Of a stretch of 64,000 nucleotides of DNA, positions 59,583 through 64,000 are shown one piece after another; the stretch's first letter is position 1; every line of letters begins with the position of its first letter. A program made the translations under genes and the position numbers. The notes beneath the pieces are model-generated. The model had not been told where the DNA came from. It did no database searches and saw nothing but the letters and a program-made list of their open reading frames with translations. This DNA is from Elsinoe ampelina (lineage: Eukaryota), in NCBI GenBank assembly GCA_010093995.1, contig ML992506.1:62001-126000 (forward strand), read 5' to 3'.

Positions 59583-59890
59583 GATGTCGAATGCTCTCCT
59601 GATTGTGATGCAGAGAAAGCAAAGAACTGTTCGGGAACTTTTCCATGGAAGATGTCATTCGCAGAGCCGCACCATGCAGGGTCCGAGCTAGCGCAGATGG
59701 CGGCAGCGCAGGCACAAAAAAATGGTTCGATGCTGAATGGTGGAGATGTTTCTCAATCAATCCACAACAATTGCCATCCGCTCCTCTATCTCTTCGAATT
59801 GATCTCACACCTCTTCGAAAGCTGCCAACTGGAACCTCCTGCATCCTCTACGCCAACCTCCTCGCCCTCCTCACCACCTCCCACCTCACA

Positions 59891-61066
59891 ATGGCCGACA
59901 CCAAAGTCCACCGCTCCTCCACCTTCGCCCCCGTCAACATCGCCGTGATCAAATACTGGGGCAAACGCGACTCCTCCCTCAACCTCCCCACCAACTCCTC
60001 CCTCTCCGTCACCCTCTCCCAATCCGACCTCCGGACACACACCACCGCGTCCTGCTCCCCCTCCTTCACCTCCGACAGCCTGACCCTCAACGGCGCACCG
60101 CAGGACATATCCGGGGCGCGCACCCAAGCATGCCTCTCCGAACTGCGCTCCCTCCGCCGCTCCCTCGAGGAGTCGGACCCCTCTCTGCCCCGTCTGTCGG
60201 AGCAGAAACTCAAGATCGTTTCCCGGAACAACTTCCCCACCGCTGCCGGCCTGGCGAGTTCTGCGGCCGGGTTCGCGGCGCTGGTGCGCTCGATCGCGGA
60301 CCTCTACGCCCTCCCTGCGTCGCCGACGGAGTTGTCGCGTATAGCCAGGCAAGGATCGGGGTCGGCTTGCCGCTCGCTGTTTGGCGGGTATGTAGCGTGG
60401 GAGATGGGGAGCAAGGCGGACGGCAGCGATAGTGTAGCCGTGGAAGTGGCGCCGGCGTCGCACTGGCCTGGTATGCGAGCTGTGATCCTCGTGGCGTCGG
60501 CGGAGAAAAAGGACGTGAGTTCGACGGCGGGGATGCAGGCGACTGTGAAGACGAGTAGTCTGTTCAAGCAGAGGGTGGAAACGGTGGTGCCGGCTAGGAT
60601 GAAAGAGATGGAGAAGGCGGTGCAAGAGAAGGACTTTGAGACGTTCGCTGGTTTGACGATGAGGGATAGCAATTCGTTTCATGCGTGTTGTTTGGATACC
60701 GAGCCGCCGATTTTCTACATGAATGATGCGAGCAGGGCGGCGGTGAGGGTGGTGGATCGGATCAACGAGACGGCGGGGAGGAAGGTGGCGGCGTATACAT
60801 TCGATGCAGGTCCAAATGCGGTGGTGTACTATGAAGAGAAGGATGAGGGAGTGGTTGCTGGTGTGTTCAAGAGCATACTTGGGAAGGTGGAAGGGTGGGA
60901 AGGAGAGAAAGGGGCGAACGTGAAGGAGGCCCAGGTGCCTGGAGGCACCGAAGCGGCGGTGGAGAAGCTCAGAACTGGAATAAGCAGGGTGATATTGACG
61001 GGTGTGGGCGAAGGACCCATCAAGACGGAGGAGATGTTGATTGATGAAAAGGGGGAGATGATATAA
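59891..61066 (+). CDS. MVD1: Diphosphomevalonate decarboxylase
   Basis: APVNIAVIKYWGKRD, NNFPTAAGLASSAAG, GSGSACRS, DSNSFHA and AYTFDAGPNAV. Intronless. Confidence 0.97.
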   Translation: MADTKVHRSSTFAPVNIAVIKYWGKRDSSLNLPTNSSLSVTLSQSDLRTHTTASCSPSFTSDSLTLNGAPQDISGARTQACLSELRSLRRSLEESDPSLPRLSEQKLKIVSRNNFPTAAGLASSAAGFAALVRSIADLYALPASPTELSRIARQGSGSACRSLFGGYVAWEMGSKADGSDSVAVEVAPASHWPGMRAVILVASAEKKDVSSTAGMQATVKTSSLFKQRVETVVPARMKEMEKAVQEKDFETFAGLTMRDSNSFHACCLDTEPPIFYMNDASRAAVRVVDRINETAGRKVAAYTFDAGPNAVVYYEEKDEGVVAGVFKSILGKVEGWEGEKGANVKEAQVPGGTEAAVEKLRTGISRVILTGVGEGPIKTEEMLIDEKGEMI

Positions 61067-61140
61067 TATGATGAAGACTCGCTGCGCTATGCATACCTAA
61101 TACTGAAGGAAGATCTCGTCGAGCCACCCTAAACTTTTTG

Positions 61141-62052
61141 CTAGATGACACCAGGTATAATCGCCTTCCTATTTCCCACCTTGTCCGCTCCAAACTTCCT
61201 CACGTACCACCTCTTCCCAGCCAACGCTCTGGGAAACATGGTCGTGATCTCGTTGATCAAGAAGGTTCTTGCAGGAACACAATCCCAACCCCCAATAACC
61301 CAAAACCCAGCCCACTCCAACCACTCGCAAAGATAATGCGGGTAGAGGATATAATGAAACAAGCCATTCTTCGGGATCATGTACACCTTCTCAACCCCCT
61401 CGACCGGCTTGCCCTCTTTCTCCGCCTTCTCCTTCTGCATCCTCAATGCTGCCCTCCTGATCTCCCTGAGATCGTCGTCGTGGAAGATATTGCCCATCAG
61501 ACTCCACCCCCACATGACCATGCCCAGCTCAATCCTCCATGCCTGGCCCGCCCAGCGATCCTGACTTGGCGCCCCGTAGCCACCCACCCAACCCCCGATC
61601 TGGATCCCGTTGAACACGTTGAAGGCAATGGCGCTGAGGAAGGGCATGGCGTGGATGGGGGACATGCTGGGCTGCAACAAAGGGAAGAGCCAGGCGCGGT
61701 AGATGTAGTGCATGATGTACAGGGCTGCCATGGTGTAATTGGCCCAAGGGAGCTCTTTGATGCCGAGTTCAGAGGGGATGGTGAGGATCGAGTAGAGCAC
61801 GATGGCCATGCCGGGGGTTTCCATGATGGCCCAGGCGACTTTGCCGGGGAGGTTGAGCGAGGAGTCGATGCTGGATTTGCCGGCTGGGTAGTAGTCGGAG
61901 AGCCATTGGAAAGCGGTGATCTAGAGACTTGTCAGGAGAGGTATGTGACGCAATTGGGATGAAGAGCTCACCAGGGGGAAGTATTGAAAGGTCTTGACCG
62001 CAAAGTCATATGTTTCGCGCGAGGGAGGGATGATGCCAGGGAGGAGAGGCAT
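61141..62052 (-). CDS. 3-oxo-5-alpha-steroid 4-dehydrogenase (steroid 5-alpha reductase family)
   Basis: AWAIMETPG, HYIYRA, NIFHDDDL and YMIPKNGLFHYILYPHYLCEWLEW. Intron 61921-61971. Confidence 0.9.
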
Positions 62053-62482
62053 GGCTGCGGTGTTCGCGCGATGAGTGGCTGCGGGTGGTGGAAAGAGATG
62101 AAAGGTGTAGCAGCGAGAAGCTACAGCGTGTGCAACACGTATTGACCGGAAGGATGCTACGTAGAGCTCGAGGTCGTCTCCGCAACTCGAAAGAGCTCAA
62201 GTGCAGGTTTGACAGATCATGTCGTCATGCCAAGGTACGCAGATCTGGTCAAGCTTCTCTTATCCAGATGCCGGCTGCCGATGAACCATCACCACGAACG
62301 AGTCAATGCTCAGGGGATGATATAGAATAGAGAGAAGGCACGTCTGTTTCATCCATTCCATTGTCTGTCTACCTTTCATGCATCCAAAACGCCATCTAAA
62401 ACCCAGGTATATCTTCCGACATGGTATCATTGACCGACCTTCCCGAGCACCTGTAAATGCTTCACCATCTGCGTCTCTTGAA

Positions 62483-64000
62483 TTACCCCTGGCTCCTCTG
62501 GCTGCTATTACTCTTTGTCCTCTGCAGGCTGGAGAGTCCTGCAACAGTGCTTGCTCGCTCCTCGTACAATTTCGTCAAGTCATCAACGCTCTGCTTTCTC
62601 TCGCCCACTTGGCCTCGCTGTCCTGCGCTGTTGTTGGCATTCGCTTCCTTCTCCCAACTCTGCATCCGCTGTAGTAGACCTGGACTTGGTGTCCTAGGCT
62701 TCGGTATATGTGCCTGAGCATGTGTTCCGCTGTCCACCCTGTCGCCAATTCGGCTGAGGTCGATTGGCGGAGTAGGTTTTCGCTGCACAGATTTGTTCGA
62801 ACTGACACTAGCTTGTCGAGAACTAGCAGCCCACGTAGGCTTGATAAAGACACCGTCGTCACTCCTGTCGCTCTTGGCAGACTCGCCGCTGACTGAACGA
62901 AGCATTGTCTGCGCTCCTTGGATCTCGGCGAGTGAAGGTGAAAATAGTGGCGACACTGGATCTTGTCGTGCTGTGCCGGCACCAGCAGTGACTGTGGCAG
63001 CGTGCTTGATGGAGTTATTTGACAGCGGGCGCGTACTTTGTGCCGAGGTTTCAGCTTGTATCGAGTGCGATCGAGCCGATTTCTCTGGCAGGAAACCATT
63101 CTGCTCGTCTTGCATGCGTTGCTTAGTGTCTGAAGGCTGTTCGTTGCCACGAGCGTACGATGGCGGAGCACTGGGATCAGACATCAAGGTCGAGTATCGT
63201 GGAAGAGCAGCGACAGTCGGCGCAGGCTTCCGACGAGGTATAGGCGCAGGTGGGGGCTGTCCATCTCGGCTTCGTGGCAACGAGGATGATCGTGGTGGTA
63301 GAACCGGCGCAATCTCTGGCACCTCGGAATCCCGAAGGGTGATATGTTGCATTCTCTGGTCTAAAGTGGTTGAGTTGTCCCTTGCCACGTCTGGAAGCGG
63401 ATCGTCGTAATCTTCCGGCTTCTCTGATGGTTTGAGCGCGTTGTAGAATTCGCTCCGAGTTGTACGGCACTTTTCCTCCAGGCCATGAGGCCACTCTGAC
63501 ACTGCTTCAGTAAGTATCCGTCGAATCACACTGGTCATTTTCGCATCCTGCAATTGATCTGATCCGCAGATCAGCGCTGGAGAGAAGCACACTGCCAGGT
63601 TTTCTGGAGTCATCTTGTTATCCGGCTCATGCGACGCCACAATAGCCAGGAGCGGTAGTAAATGCCACGTGATGATGAGTCGGCTCGTATGTGGTAGTAT
63701 CGACCCCTTGGAGAAGGGTGAGATCAACTCGACCAGAGCCTCTTGCGTGATCTCCTGATCCGGCGATCCATATGACTGGCGCAGACTCTCATAGCACTTT
63801 TCGGGCACGACGGGAGATTTGAGTTCTCGATACCACGTCTTGATCAGTCCCGCTGCCAGATGTACCCCATACGCATCCGACTCATGTACCTCGCTCAATG
63901 TCTTTGAGCTCATGCCAGGATCGACTTGCGAGACGTGCAATTCCTTCCACACAATGAAGTGCTGCCCTCGGTCGTAAGCCTCTCTAAGGATGCCCAAAAG
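62483..64000 (-). CDS. RhoGAP domain protein (5' part outside the window)
   Basis: LAAGLIKTWYREL...NKMTPENLAVCFSPAL RhoGAP signature, followed by a Pro-rich disordered tail. Confidence 0.88.
   Translation of the reverse strand, partial: LLGILREAYDRGQHFIVWKELHVSQVDPGMSSKTLSEVHESDAYGVHLAAGLIKTWYRELKSPVVPEKCYESLRQSYGSPDQEITQEALVELISPFSKGSILPHTSRLIITWHLLPLLAIVASHEPDNKMTPENLAVCFSPALICGSDQLQDAKMTSVIRRILTEAVSEWPHGLEEKCRTTRSEFYNALKPSEKPEDYDDPLPDVARDNSTTLDQRMQHITLRDSEVPEIAPVLPPRSSSLPRSRDGQPPPAPIPRRKPAPTVAALPRYSTLMSDPSAPPSYARGNEQPSDTKQRMQDEQNGFLPEKSARSHSIQAETSAQSTRPLSNNSIKHAATVTAGAGTARQDPVSPLFSPSLAEIQGAQTMLRSVSGESAKSDRSDDGVFIKPTWAASSRQASVSSNKSVQRKPTPPIDLSRIGDRVDSGTHAQAHIPKPRTPSPGLLQRMQSWEKEANANNSAGQRGQVGERKQSVDDLTKLYEERASTVAGLSSLQRTKSNSSQRSQG

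Overview
Gene-dense, intron-containing chromosomal DNA from a filamentous ascomycete (Pezizomycotina). Short GT-AG introns have CTAAC/CTGAC branch points. I can support about 35 protein-coding loci. Most are conserved housekeeping genes: HLJ1-like DnaJ, UFD2, COX23, RHO1, a SIW14-like phosphatase, a complex I 21.3 kDa subunit, a PQ-loop transporter, HEM2, YVH1, PTC5, RQC1, GET1, RNR1, CYT2, MVD1 and a RhoGAP. Interspersed accessory genes include two tandem F-box-like paralogues, a C2H2 transcription factor flanked by multi-kb non-coding DNA, a hybrid histidine kinase, and a run of FAD oxidoreductase, carboxylesterase, nitrilase and hotdog thioesterase genes. I found no transposon, AT-rich RIP block, tRNA/rRNA gene, CRISPR array or secondary-metabolite backbone gene. 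I cannot demonstrate a new biological system. The best leads are: (1) a recurring abrupt C-rich to G-rich strand-skew switch at about 12 sites; (2) two diverged tandem F-box-like genes sharing a C-terminal domain I do not recognise; (3) a possibly decayed Zip3/HEI10-like meiotic RING gene; (4) a GC-AG intron, PTS1 signals, and candidate HapX and MCB promoter motifs. Gene models were spliced by eye, and family calls rest on remembered motifs rather than database searches.
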